IMG/VR virus record: IMGVR_UViG_3300030433_000073
Span: 1-24,896 of that record
DNA: 24,896 nucleotides
Reading direction: 5' to 3' (one strand)
Origin: a virus
Lineage: Duplodnaviria > Caudoviricetes
Positions within the stretch are counted from its first letter, which is position 1, and each line of letters starts with the position of its first letter. Below are positions 6,380-17,300 of the stretch, one piece after another. Made by a program: the position numbers and the translations under genes. Below the pieces are notes generated by a model. The model saw only the letters and a program-made list of their open reading frames with translations, was not told the DNA's origin and did no database searches.

Positions 6380-7366
6380 ATGGCTAATGCCACAGTTTCT
6401 AGGCTTGGTCTTGTCAATAATAGTGGTACTAACTTTGATGAATTATTTTTAAAGGTATTTTCGGGGGAGGTGCTAACTGCGTTCTCAAGAAACAATATCT
6501 TTAACGAACAACTTCATTCAGTTCGTACTATTACATCAGGCAAGAGTGCAAGCTTTCCAGTTTTAGGTGCAGCTACCGCAGCCTATCACACAGTTGGTAC
6601 ACCTCTAGTTGGAGCAAACCAAATTAAAGCTAACGAGAAGATTATTCTTATAGATGATCTTTTAGTAGCACAAGCATTTGTGGCTCAAATTGACGAGCTT
6701 AAGAATCACTATGATGTGAGATCAACTTATGCTGATGAACTTGGTAAGGCTCTCGCAAAGCAATACGATTTAAACGTAGCCAAACAAATAGCTAATGCTT
6801 CCAGAGCAAGTTCTACTCTTAGTGGTGGTAATGGTGGTATCGTATCTACTCTTGCTTCTGGTAACACAACTTCTGCTGCTGTATCAGGTGATGAACTAGC
6901 TGGTGCTATCTACGACATTGCACAGACAATGGACGAGAGAGACATACCACAGACAGATCGTTTCTGTGTTCTTCCCCCTGCTGAGTATTACAAGCTTGCT
7001 GAGTCTGCTACAAGAACTGTAGATGTTGACTTCAACCCACAAGGTAATGGTTCGTTTGCATCAGGTAAAGTACAGCAAATTGCTGGCATACCAATCATGA
7101 TGTCTAACAGCGTTCCACAGTCAAACGTAGGATCTAACCCAAGTGGTGCGAACAACACTTACTCAGGTGACGATAGTAAAACTATCGGACTTGTATTCCA
7201 TAAGTCTGCTGTTGGTACAGTTAAGCTAATGGATATGACAACTGAGATCTCAGGCTCAGACTACAATTTGATGTATCAAGGAACATTAATGGTTGCGAAG
7301 TACTTGCTCGGTCATGGAATCCTAAGACCAGAATGTGCTGCAACAATTAAACTTGCTTCTTCTTAA
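6380..7366 (+). CDS. gp10: Major capsid protein, T7 gp10-like
   Basis: LFLKVFSGEVLTAF, RTITSGKSASFPVLG, IDDLL......IDELKNHYDVRS.Y..ELGKALA and GHGILRPECA; strong SD; followed by a terminator. Confidence 0.98.
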   Translation: MANATVSRLGLVNNSGTNFDELFLKVFSGEVLTAFSRNNIFNEQLHSVRTITSGKSASFPVLGAATAAYHTVGTPLVGANQIKANEKIILIDDLLVAQAFVAQIDELKNHYDVRSTYADELGKALAKQYDLNVAKQIANASRASSTLSGGNGGIVSTLASGNTTSAAVSGDELAGAIYDIAQTMDERDIPQTDRFCVLPPAEYYKLAESATRTVDVDFNPQGNGSFASGKVQQIAGIPIMMSNSVPQSNVGSNPSGANNTYSGDDSKTIGLVFHKSAVGTVKLMDMTTEISGSDYNLMYQGTLMVAKYLLGHGILRPECAATIKLASS

Positions 7367-7377
7367 TTTCAATTTAT

Positions 7378-7409
7378 AGGGTATCTTATTATTAGATACC
7401 CTTTTTTTT
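7378..7409 (+). terminator. Intrinsic terminator after the capsid gene (T-phi equivalent)
   Basis: AGGGTATCT-tattatt-AGATACCCT stem-loop followed by a run of T's to 7409. Confidence 0.92.
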
Positions 7410-7511
7410 ATGTATCATTCTGGCGGTAAAAAGAAAACAGACAAGAAAAAAAAGTCTGGTAAAATGAAATCTAATAAATCTAAATTGAAGATACCCACAA
7501 AAAAGTACTAG
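7410..7511 (+). CDS. 33-aa lysine-rich micro-protein (not in ORF track)
   Basis: Hand translation: MYHSGGKKKTDKKKKSGKMKSNKSKLKIPTKKY (14 Lys). It exactly fills the gap between the terminator and tail tube A. Confidence 0.6.
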   Translation: MYHSGGKKKTDKKKKSGKMKSNKSKLKIPTKKY

Positions 7512-7514
7512 ATC

Positions 7515-8123
7515 ATGGCTGTAGCTGCAACCACCGAACTTGAATGTATCAACATAATGCTTGATGCAATAGGAGAAGCACCAGTAAACTCATTAACTGG
7601 TACGCTACCTGTTGACGTTAGAAAAGCACAGAATACATTAATCGAAGTAAACAAGGAAGTACAGTCAGAAGGGTGGAGTTTCAATACAGAAATCAACGTA
7701 ACTCTTACAAGAGATGCGTCTAATAATATTGTCTTAGGTACTGATATATTGAGAGTTGATGCTAATACTTTTGACCACCCATCAATAGATCCTATTCAAA
7801 GAGGATTAAAACTTTACGATAGAAAAAAACAGACATTTATTTTTGATGAAGATTTAAAATGTACTGTTATTTATTTTAGAAACTTTGATGAAATACCAGA
7901 ACAAGCTAGAAGATATATCAACGTAAAAGCTGCAAGAATATTTGTTGATAGATTAGTTGGAGATCAAAGCTTAAGAACTTATACAGAACAAGATGAAACA
8001 AGAGCAAGAGCTATACTTATGGAAACAGACTTAAGTAATGCAGATCATAATATGCTTATAGGAGATCCAGCTATAAGTGATGCAATAAATACATTCAGTC
8101 CTATTGACGTTCTTAACAGATAG
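7515..8123 (+). CDS. gp11: Tail tubular protein A (adaptor), T7 gp11-like
   Basis: TELECINIMLDAIGEAPVNSL, EVQSEGWSFNTE, QRGLKLYDR, FDEIPEQARRYI..KAARIF. Confidence 0.96.
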   Translation: MAVAATTELECINIMLDAIGEAPVNSLTGTLPVDVRKAQNTLIEVNKEVQSEGWSFNTEINVTLTRDASNNIVLGTDILRVDANTFDHPSIDPIQRGLKLYDRKKQTFIFDEDLKCTVIYFRNFDEIPEQARRYINVKAARIFVDRLVGDQSLRTYTEQDETRARAILMETDLSNADHNMLIGDPAISDAINTFSPIDVLNR

Positions 8124-8125
8124 TT

Positions 8126-10591
8126 ATGCCTGTCATTTCTAGATCTATACCTACTTTACTAAGAGGTATATCTCAGTCATCAGACTCCTCTAAACAATCA
8201 GATCATGCAGACATACAAGACAATGCTGATAGCAACCCTGTCATTGGTCTTATAAAAAGATCAGGCTTGCAGTATATAACTAATATAAGCAACTCTGCAC
8301 TTGGTAATGTTCATATTCAAACTATCAATAGAGATGCAAATGAAAGATACATTGCAGTATTCAGTAATGGTAATGTCAAAGTCTATGAGTTAGATGGTAC
8401 AGAAAAAAATGTAAACAAACCTGATGGTACAAGCTATCTAAACACTACCAATCCAAGAAGTGTTATTAAAACTGTTACTATTGCTGACTTTACTTTTGTT
8501 GTAAATACAAGCATAACAGCAACTATGGATTCTTCATTGAGTGCTGGCAACATTACTCAAGCTATAGTTTTTATAAATCAAGTTTCAGATAAGACTACAT
8601 ATTCAGTCACAGTAGATGGTGTGACAGTTACAGATAACACAGCAAACGATTCTACTCTCAGTACTGAACAAGTAGCTAGTGATTTGCAGTCAGGTCTTAA
8701 CTCTGGACTAACAGGATTTACTATTGCTAGAAGTGGTAGTGTCATACATATAAAGAAAAATGATGGCAGTAACTTTTCTATTGATGGATCAGACACACAA
8801 GGTAATACACAGATCACAGTAGTAAAAGATTCAGTACAAAGATTTACAGACTTACCTACTGTTTCTCCTAATGGATATGTTGTTGAAGTAAAAGGAGATG
8901 AATCAACTAACTTTGATAATTACTACGTTAAGTTTGTTACTAATAATGGTAATGCTTTAGAAGAAGGACAATGGGAAGAGACTGTAGAAGCTGGCATTGA
9001 GTTTAAATTTAACTATGACACTATGCCCCATATCTTGATAAGACAGGCTGATGGTAACTTTAGATTTGCAAGGGTTGATGGAGATAGTTATAACGTTACA
9101 GTTGGAGGAGTTACAAAATCTTACGACTTACCAAAATGGGGAGAACGTACTGTTGGTGATCTGGTATCTGCACCTGATCCATCTTTTATAAATGCCAAGA
9201 TAAATAACGTATTCTTTTTTAGAAACAGACTAGGCTTTTTGGCTGATGACAACGTAGTACTATCAAGAGTTAGTGAGTTCTTTAACTTCTTTCCAGAGAC
9301 AGTCTTATCTGTTATTGACTCAGATCCAATAGACGTAGCTGCATCACATACTAAAGTTGCGATTCTTAAAAATGCAGTAACTATGGGAGAACAGTTGATC
9401 TTGTTCTCAGATCAAACACAGTTTGTACTCAGCAGTTCAGCAGACAACCTGACACCAAAAACAGCTAACGTGCTGGTTGCAACAGAGTTTGAAAGTAGTG
9501 ATGCTGCTAGTCCTGTAGGTTCTGGTTCTAGTATTTACTTCTTAACAAAGAAAGGTACGTTTGCTGGTATCAGAGAATATATAACACAGTCAGATGTCAC
9601 AGTAAAAGATGCGACAAATACTACAATTCATGTACCAAAACTAATACCAAGTGGGATATTTAAACTTGCTGTATCAAACAATCAAGATGTTTTGGTTTTG
9701 CTTGGTACTGATAATCCAAACAAGTTGTATGTAAATCGCTGGTTATATGGTGGTCAAGGTCAAAAGGTATTGAACTCTTGGTTTACTTTTACTATCAACT
9801 CTAATCGCACTATAAGAAATATTGATTTTGTTGGTACTGATTTGTTCTGTGTAGTAGAAGAAGCTAATGGTACGTCATTAGAAAAGATACCTTTTGAGAA
9901 TGATTTTACAGAAACTAATGCAGACTTTGAGTTTTACCTAGACCATAAGGTAACAGAAGCAACTACTGGTGTATCAGTAGCATTTAACTCAACAACTAAG
10001 AAATCTACTTTTACAGTTCCTTATAGACTTAGAGGGGCTATGAGTGTTGTAGGTAGATATTTAGGATCAGGAGAAACCAGCACATTTGTTGATTTGTTTG
10101 GTAATACAAGAACTCTTAAATCTGGTGCTGTAATAAAAACAACCAATCTTACTAATGGTTCAACAACAACAATAGAAGCTGATGGAGACTACAGAAATGC
10201 AAAGTTTATTATTGGAGAACCATTTGAGTTTCATTACAGGTTTAGTAAACAACGTATAACAGAAGCAGCAGGGCAGAATAGTGCAGAGATACTAAGCGGT
10301 AGATTACAGATGCACTACTTCTATATTAAGTTTGAAGATACAGGATTCTTCCAAGTAGAAGTAACACCTGAGAATAGAGATACAAGTACACATAAATTTA
10401 CTGGTCGTCTGCTTGGTGCAGCTTCTAGTTCTATAGGTCAGATTAATTTAGAGACAGGTACATTTAGAGTACCGATATTTAGTAGGGCAGACAGAGTAGA
10501 TATAGATATAAAAAACAATTCATACTTACCAACACAACTATCAAGTGCAGAGTATGAAGCTGTATTCCATATCAGAAGTAGACGTATGTAA
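8126..10591 (+). CDS. gp12: Tail tubular protein B (nozzle), T7 gp12-like
   Basis: 821 aa; SIPTLLRGISQ, GLIKRSG, TMPHILIR, W.ER.VGD..SAPDPSF, FFRNRLGFL, DSDPIDVA, GRLQ. Confidence 0.96.
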   Translation: MPVISRSIPTLLRGISQSSDSSKQSDHADIQDNADSNPVIGLIKRSGLQYITNISNSALGNVHIQTINRDANERYIAVFSNGNVKVYELDGTEKNVNKPDGTSYLNTTNPRSVIKTVTIADFTFVVNTSITATMDSSLSAGNITQAIVFINQVSDKTTYSVTVDGVTVTDNTANDSTLSTEQVASDLQSGLNSGLTGFTIARSGSVIHIKKNDGSNFSIDGSDTQGNTQITVVKDSVQRFTDLPTVSPNGYVVEVKGDESTNFDNYYVKFVTNNGNALEEGQWEETVEAGIEFKFNYDTMPHILIRQADGNFRFARVDGDSYNVTVGGVTKSYDLPKWGERTVGDLVSAPDPSFINAKINNVFFFRNRLGFLADDNVVLSRVSEFFNFFPETVLSVIDSDPIDVAASHTKVAILKNAVTMGEQLILFSDQTQFVLSSSADNLTPKTANVLVATEFESSDAASPVGSGSSIYFLTKKGTFAGIREYITQSDVTVKDATNTTIHVPKLIPSGIFKLAVSNNQDVLVLLGTDNPNKLYVNRWLYGGQGQKVLNSWFTFTINSNRTIRNIDFVGTDLFCVVEEANGTSLEKIPFENDFTETNADFEFYLDHKVTEATTGVSVAFNSTTKKSTFTVPYRLRGAMSVVGRYLGSGETSTFVDLFGNTRTLKSGAVIKTTNLTNGSTTTIEADGDYRNAKFIIGEPFEFHYRFSKQRITEAAGQNSAEILSGRLQMHYFYIKFEDTGFFQVEVTPENRDTSTHKFTGRLLGAASSSIGQINLETGTFRVPIFSRADRVDIDIKNNSYLPTQLSSAEYEAVFHIRSRRM

Positions 10592-10593
10592 GT

Positions 10594-11046
10594 ATGGGGT
10601 ATTTAAGAAAATCAAGACTCTCAGACTTAAATTACGTTTGCTCTAATATTAGAAATATAGACAGAATAGAAATCAAATATCAAACAAATGAAGATCCAGA
10701 AGAAGCTTTGCGTTTATCTTTTCTGCATAGTAAAACAGTAATGACTGTAGCTGGTGACGAAGATCAACCTATGGGTATATGTGGTGTCATTTCTAATGGT
10801 TGTATATGGTTAATATCTACAGATGAATTGTTCAGTAATAAAAAATATAAAATACAATTAATAAGAGAAGGTAGAAAATGGGTTGACAACCTGTTGAAAT
10901 CTTACAAAATCCTATACAATGTAGTATATGCAGAGAATGAGTCTGCTATTAAGTGGTTAAAATCTTTAGGGTTTCAATTTACTACATACCATAAGGAATA
11001 TGGAGAGTACAAAAAACCATTCTTTGAATTTATGAGGATCAAGTAA
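10594..11046 (+). CDS. gp13: T7 gp13-like internal virion/assembly protein (probable GNAT acyltransferase fold)
   Basis: 150 aa after the nozzle gene; GCIWLISTDEL and LYNVVYAENESAIKWLKSLGFQF match the GNAT N..A..W...LGF motif. Confidence 0.85.
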   Translation: MGYLRKSRLSDLNYVCSNIRNIDRIEIKYQTNEDPEEALRLSFLHSKTVMTVAGDEDQPMGICGVISNGCIWLISTDELFSNKKYKIQLIREGRKWVDNLLKSYKILYNVVYAENESAIKWLKSLGFQFTTYHKEYGEYKKPFFEFMRIK

Positions 11047-11621
11047 TGTGTGCTGCTATCCCTGCTTTAGGACTAGGTAAATTAGGAGGTGGGTTATTCC
11101 TTGCTAGTCTTGGTATTGGTGTAGCTACAACAATACAAGCACAAAGAGTTGCAAATCAACAGGCTAGTTATGCTTACGAATCTGCAAGACGTAGTGCGTT
11201 ATCTGCTGACGCTGCGTTTGCAGCACAACAGGAAGCTATCAGTTCAAGATTAGAAGAAGAAAGGGCAGCACAATCACAGAAAAGACTTGCAGCTTCAATC
11301 AAACAAATAGAAGCACAGGGAGCTATTGCAGCAACAGAAGGTATATCAGGTAACTTAGCTGCTTTGTTAGATAGAGATGCAGCTAGACAGGCAGCTACTT
11401 TAAGAGAGACAATTAATCAAACAATGGAATCAGCAGATAGACAATACGAAAGAGATGTAGAAGGTCTTGTAGCACAAAGAGAAAGCAGAAGGAATGAAGC
11501 TATCGACTTCCAAAACCAAGCATATATGCAAGCACAGAAAGCACCAACGCTGCTAGATACTGTAGCCGAAGCTGCTACATTAGGACTAAACAGCTACATA
11601 GCTTTTAATAGAACAGGTTAA
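11046..11621 (+). CDS. gp14: Internal virion (ejection) protein, T7 gp14-like
   Basis: 191 aa, MC start, hydrophobic Gly/Leu N-terminus, Ala/Gln-rich helical body, GISGN motif; synteny. Confidence 0.82.
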   Translation: MCAAIPALGLGKLGGGLFLASLGIGVATTIQAQRVANQQASYAYESARRSALSADAAFAAQQEAISSRLEEERAAQSQKRLAASIKQIEAQGAIAATEGISGNLAALLDRDAARQAATLRETINQTMESADRQYERDVEGLVAQRESRRNEAIDFQNQAYMQAQKAPTLLDTVAEAATLGLNSYIAFNRTG

Positions 11622-14318
11622 ATGACTTCAAGCTTTCAGCCACAGGCAAGACCAGTAGATACTTTTGTACGACAAAGTAGGGTTGCTGCTGTCAATACAC
11701 AAGATGCCTTTGGTCAGCTTGCTAGTGCTTTATCTATCATCAATCCTAGTCTTAGAAAACTAATGGAGAGTGAGATTGATAAACAAAGAAGTATTGTAGG
11801 TGCTGAAGCAGAACAGGCAGCTAAAGAAATATACGATCCAACAAGTCCTAATTATGTAAATCTATATAATGATGCAGTAGATCAACAGTTTCCAGAAAAT
11901 GCAGAGCTTGAAAATACAGAAGAAGAATGGGGTAATACATTACAGAATGTAGAAAAAACAAGAGGTTCAACAGAAGCACAGATATTAGCTGGTAGAAGTC
12001 CTTGGTTTAAGCACAACTTTAATAAAAGAAAAGCTACATTACTTGGTCAAACCTTTGCTGATAACTTACAAAATAGATTTTATACTGATACTGCTTTAGA
12101 TGATAAAGGTATAGAAAGACCTATTTCATCATTTCCTACTAACAGTACTCAATTTCAAAACTGGCAAGCAACAAATAGAAGTCCATATATAGAAAAATTA
12201 GATGTTGAGCCTTACTATTTTAATAAATTCTTTGTACCAGAATTAGATAAAGGACACGATAAAGTACAGGAACTATCTCGTACAACATATCCACAGCAAG
12301 CTTTTGAATCTTACAAACAGGTATCAGTAAATAAAATAAATACTGCTATAAACAAATACAAAAAATTACAAGGTTTACAAGGAGAAGCTTTAGCAAATGC
12401 AGAAAAAGATTTAAAAAATGATTTAGCCAATGACAATAAAGAAATAAGAAGATTATTTAAAGGTAAAAACTTTAACAGTCTTTTAAAAATACAAATAAAT
12501 ACTATTAAAGAAAATGCTTTAGAAATAGCTTTTAGTGGTCAAGAAGGTGCAGTCGATAAAGCTAGAACCTTGTTAAACGATTTTGCTAAATACTTTCCTA
12601 CTAATGATAGCGGTACGTCAGTATTAAAAAATCACCCAGAGTTTTTAAAAATAAAAAACCAATTTGAAAAGGATATGTTGGAACTTGAAGATGACATATT
12701 AGATAACACAGAAAAATTAAACAAAGAACAGTTACAAAATACAGCTTACAACTTACTATCTAACCCTGATACAACAGCACAAGACGTACAAAATTTCTTA
12801 CAACAAAATCCATCATCAGATATAGCAGACTACATGAATGAAACAGTTGTTTTAGCAAGACCAGAAACTTTCAATAGATTAGATCAATTAGAAATAAATG
12901 CTTTAACTGAAGGATTTTACCCTAATAAATTAACAGCTATGCAAGAATTAAGAAGTTGGTATAACAGTACTTTAAAGCTACCAAGTCAAAGAGAAGCTTT
13001 TTTAAGAGTAAAACAGAGTATTGATGAAAATTTTAGTGGAGAGTTATCAAGTTTAACTAAGAATAAAAATTATATAAATGGAGAAATTGCAGCAGAATTT
13101 AAAACAAATGATGGTTTAGATTTTCAGAAAGCCAGAGATGGTATCAACATGAGAGATATACAAAGAGAAACAACAAAAAAATTAGATGCGTTTTATAAAA
13201 TAGAAGCAGGGAAAGGCACACCACCATCAGAAGCAGAAATTAGAAAAGAAGCAGAAAGACTTGCAGAATTAGCTGTAGAAGAAGCTAGAGCATATATATA
13301 TGCACAAGGAAGCACTACTCAAGAAGATGTTATTTTTGAAAGAAACAGAGGTAAATTAAATTTAATAAAACAAATATTTGAAAGAACGAGAGATCAAGAT
13401 ACAGGAGAAAGACCTACTGTTGAAACTGTTACTGAGCAATACAAAGAATATGAACCAGACATAACACCAGAAGGACTAATAAAAATTATTGAAAGTCAAA
13501 ATATAGATGCTTCATCTTTTCTTCGTAACGTAGAAAAATATGTAGAAGTAGAAGATACAACAAACTTAGATTCAATAGACATAAAACCTAGAAATGAAAA
13601 TAATACAAATAAAGAATCTATAGAAAGTACTGGTAAAACCAATACATCTACCAATAAAGATACACCAGCTAGACCTGACGTAATACCTAACCCTTTAAAT
13701 TTATCACAAAAAGAAAGTGAAACTTTTTTATCTAATCTACGAAGATTAATAGAACAGCCTGTAGCTGCTGGTACTTTAGAAGGCAAGCCAGTAGCAGAAG
13801 AAACTAAACAAACAGCAGAATCTTTAGGCATAGTAGGTCGAGAACAAACTAATGGTGTAAAGAGATTTGAAACAAACTTTCCTATCTTCTACAAATTAGC
13901 AAAAGAAGCTGGACATAAGTTTCCAGAACTGACTGCTGCACAAGCTATGCAAGAAACAGGTAATGGAGAATCGCCTTCGGGTAGAAATAATTATCTAGGT
14001 TTGCAAGCATCACAACGTCAAATACAAAGAGGACAGTCTAGTAATCTTGAAACACAAGAAGATTTAGGTAAAGGTCTTGAGAATACAAGAAGAGACTTTG
14101 TAGATTTTGATGATATTAGAGATCAAATGAAACAATACAAAGAAGAATGGAATGATCCTTTTAGAGATAGAAAAGGTATAGTTAGTGTAGATACAGTTGA
14201 AGAAGCACTTGATCTAATCTTGAGCAAACCAGATGATCTGTATGCTACAGATAAAGACTACAAAGCAAAGGTCTTACAACTGATAAAAGACGCAAAGCGT
14301 AATCCACCACTCTTTTAA
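11622..14318 (+). CDS. gp15: Internal virion protein, T7 gp15-like, with C-terminal GH73 (FlgJ/glucosaminidase-type) peptidoglycan hydrolase
   Basis: N-terminal FQPQARPVDTFV..GQLASALS.INPSL; C-terminal AAQAMQETGNG, NNYLGLQA and YATDKDYKAKV are GH73 signatures. Confidence 0.85.
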   Translation: MTSSFQPQARPVDTFVRQSRVAAVNTQDAFGQLASALSIINPSLRKLMESEIDKQRSIVGAEAEQAAKEIYDPTSPNYVNLYNDAVDQQFPENAELENTEEEWGNTLQNVEKTRGSTEAQILAGRSPWFKHNFNKRKATLLGQTFADNLQNRFYTDTALDDKGIERPISSFPTNSTQFQNWQATNRSPYIEKLDVEPYYFNKFFVPELDKGHDKVQELSRTTYPQQAFESYKQVSVNKINTAINKYKKLQGLQGEALANAEKDLKNDLANDNKEIRRLFKGKNFNSLLKIQINTIKENALEIAFSGQEGAVDKARTLLNDFAKYFPTNDSGTSVLKNHPEFLKIKNQFEKDMLELEDDILDNTEKLNKEQLQNTAYNLLSNPDTTAQDVQNFLQQNPSSDIADYMNETVVLARPETFNRLDQLEINALTEGFYPNKLTAMQELRSWYNSTLKLPSQREAFLRVKQSIDENFSGELSSLTKNKNYINGEIAAEFKTNDGLDFQKARDGINMRDIQRETTKKLDAFYKIEAGKGTPPSEAEIRKEAERLAELAVEEARAYIYAQGSTTQEDVIFERNRGKLNLIKQIFERTRDQDTGERPTVETVTEQYKEYEPDITPEGLIKIIESQNIDASSFLRNVEKYVEVEDTTNLDSIDIKPRNENNTNKESIESTGKTNTSTNKDTPARPDVIPNPLNLSQKESETFLSNLRRLIEQPVAAGTLEGKPVAEETKQTAESLGIVGREQTNGVKRFETNFPIFYKLAKEAGHKFPELTAAQAMQETGNGESPSGRNNYLGLQASQRQIQRGQSSNLETQEDLGKGLENTRRDFVDFDDIRDQMKQYKEEWNDPFRDRKGIVSVDTVEEALDLILSKPDDLYATDKDYKAKVLQLIKDAKRNPPLF

Positions 14319-14321
14319 ATA

Positions 14322-17300
14322 ATGGACTCAAACCTACAAAACAATCAGCCCAAAAAGGTTGTAGATCCTGTACAAGAAGAGAATTTATTTGTTAAAGATC
14401 AAACTACAGCAAAAGATATTGTTGAACCACAACAATTAAAACCAAAACCTGTTGTCAATAAACAACCAGAATTAGAACAAAAAGGTCTTATAGGTAAATT
14501 AAAAGACTTTGATCCACAAGAATCTTTGTTAAATAATCTTGTTGATAAAACAAAAGAAGGGTCAAAGATAAATAATTTTCTTACAAATGTACGAGATGAT
14601 TATTTAATTAGGGCTGATGAAGCAGAAAAATATCAAAAAGAACAACGTAAAATCCATGAAGAAACAATATTAAAAAACCCTGTATCACAAGTATTTAGAG
14701 GTCTTATAAATGGTCGTATAGATTCTTTAAATAATTTATTTGAATTAGGAGATGATACTCTTAGAACTGTTTTAGGTAAAGATGTAAGAACAGATTTTGA
14801 TTTAATTGATACTGAAGAGTTAGGTACTTATGTAAAAGGAGATGAAGAAAAACCATTATATTTTGTACCTAAAGCCATAACACAATATATTCTTCCTTAC
14901 GCTTTGGTAAGAGGGCAATTAGCTAAAAGAGGGATTACTAAATATAAAGATTTAATTTCTGCTGGTGTTGTAGATTTTACTCTTACTGATCCATTTGAAG
15001 ATAATACTTTTAATTTATTTACAGGCTTAAATATACCAATACTAAATAACATGATTGGTTTTTTGGCTACACCAGACCAGCCAGACGACAAGTTTATAGC
15101 ACCCGAAGATAAATATTTTCTTAGATTAAAGAATGGATTTCATGCTTATTTATTTGATAAGGTTGCTGGTGCTGCCATTGAAAAAGGCACACCAATAGCT
15201 AAAGAAGTTTTAAAAAAAGCAAAGAAACCAGCACAAGAATTTACAGGTCTTTTAGGAGAAAAATTAGGAGCTTCAACAGACCTAATAATGAATACTGTTT
15301 TAGATATAAAAGCTAACTCTAAGAGAAGAAAATTAATATTAGGCAGACTAAGTAGCTATCAAAATGCAATAAACGCTGATATTATTGCTGATAAGAACGC
15401 TATAACAGATACACAACTTATAGAAGATTTAAAATCTTTTAAAAAATTAGAAGTAAAAAATAAAAAGATAAGGGCTAAAAATAAAAAAATAGAGAAAGAA
15501 ATTGGCAAAGGTGATGGTTCATCTATACCTTCAAGGGTTACAAAAGAAGGAGATATAATAGATCCATTTGGTTATAAACGTTCTTACTTTGCTGGTCAAT
15601 TTAAAAAATTTGATGATGCAATAGATTATTTAAACAGCAGAAAAGGACAGTTAGATGGCATAGAAAAAAGAACATTTAAGCAAATGGCAAATGAAGCAGA
15701 GCAAATGCTTCCTTTTGATGCTGTCAATGCTGCTTCAGATATTGTTGAATTTTTAGATGACAAGAACGTAGAAGCAGTTGTAGTAAAAATGAAACAAATA
15801 GTTTTTGAAGGTTCACAAGCAGCTATTAGATATACAAACGCTATAGATACTGCAATAGCTACAGGTAATGTTGACTTGCAGAAAAAATTATTAAAAGGAT
15901 TGTTTGAAGAACAAACAGCAACAGATTATTTTTTAAATATTAAAAGGCATCTTGACAATAGATTAGCTACTGGTTTAGCTGCTACAAGAGTACCACCAAA
16001 AGTACCTTCAGCAGATCAAGGTAAAGGCATAGAAGCTTTAATAAAATACAAAGGTCAGGTAAGACAAAATATTACTGTTGATGAAAGACAAGTAAAAAAA
16101 GCAGTAGATGATTTTATCAGTCCAATTACAAACTATAAGCTTGATGATTTAATAAAGCTTGCAGATGAAGGTGATTCTAAAACTTTAAGAACTGTTATGA
16201 GAAAAGTTGCTATTGCTGCACAAGATCCTAAAGCATATCAAAAAATGATGAAAGATGGATTTAAAGTAGATAAAGGACAAAGACTATTACAAATAACAAA
16301 CGAAGTATTTATAAACAACATTCTTAGTAGTCCAGTTACACATCAAGTAAACATATTATCAACAGCTTTAAACTCGTTATCAAGACCTATTACGTTAGCT
16401 TTAGGTGCTGGTGATGATGCTGTATTGAGAACAAGGGCTGGTAAAGAATTGATATACGCAATTCAATCAATACAAGACTCTATTAAGATGGCTGCTTTAG
16501 CTTTTAGAGCTAATACAAATATTTTAGATGCTGGTTCAAAAGTACTTGATTATGATATGGCTTTACTTGATGGCAAGTCAGCTTTTGTTAGAAGTATCGG
16601 AAATGCTTATAGATTACCAACTAGATTTTTAATGGCAGAAGATGAATTTTTTAAACAGGTTAATTTTAGATCTTTTGCAAAAGCAGAGATATGGGAAGAA
16701 GGTACAAGAAAAGGTAAAACAGGTAAACAACTTACAAATTATATGGATAGAAGATTTAATCAACTCATGCAGCTTGTAAATAATGAAAGTAAAACAGGTA
16801 AATTTACAAATAAAACTTTAGATTTATATAGAAGAGCTAGAGAGTTTTCAGCTTCAGCAACATTTACAGAAGATTTAATTGATGGAACTATTACAAAAGA
16901 TGTTTCAAACTTTGTTAATAGACACCCAATATTAAGACAGATACTACCTTTTGTTAGGACACCAGCAAACATTTTAAAACAGACTGCAAAAGCAACACCT
17001 GTCTTAAATAGAATTGGTGATCTAAATGTAGGTGGTGTAAAACCATTTAAAGATGTTGGTTTTTATAAAGAACATATTGAAGAAATAACAAGTCCTAATG
17101 CAGCAGTAAGAGCTAGAGCTATAGGTAGAACAAGATTAGGCGGTGCTTTATGGATAAGTGGTATTACAAGTGCGTTGGCTATTAATAATCCAGAAGCACC
17201 TATAGCAATAACAGGTGGTTTGTCTGCTAATAATGAAATAAGAAAGCTTGAACTAGCTACAGGCAAACAACCATATAGTTTTAGATTTCTTTTAAAAGAT

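Noticed and set aside
7330-7420. T7 gp10B-style frameshift extension of the capsid
   Set aside because: No clear slippery heptamer near the stop, and a strong terminator follows immediately.
10883-10920. TTGACA / TTGAAA with downstream TACAAT inside gp13
   Set aside because: Spacing does not fit 16-18 nt to a good -10, and the sequence is coding.
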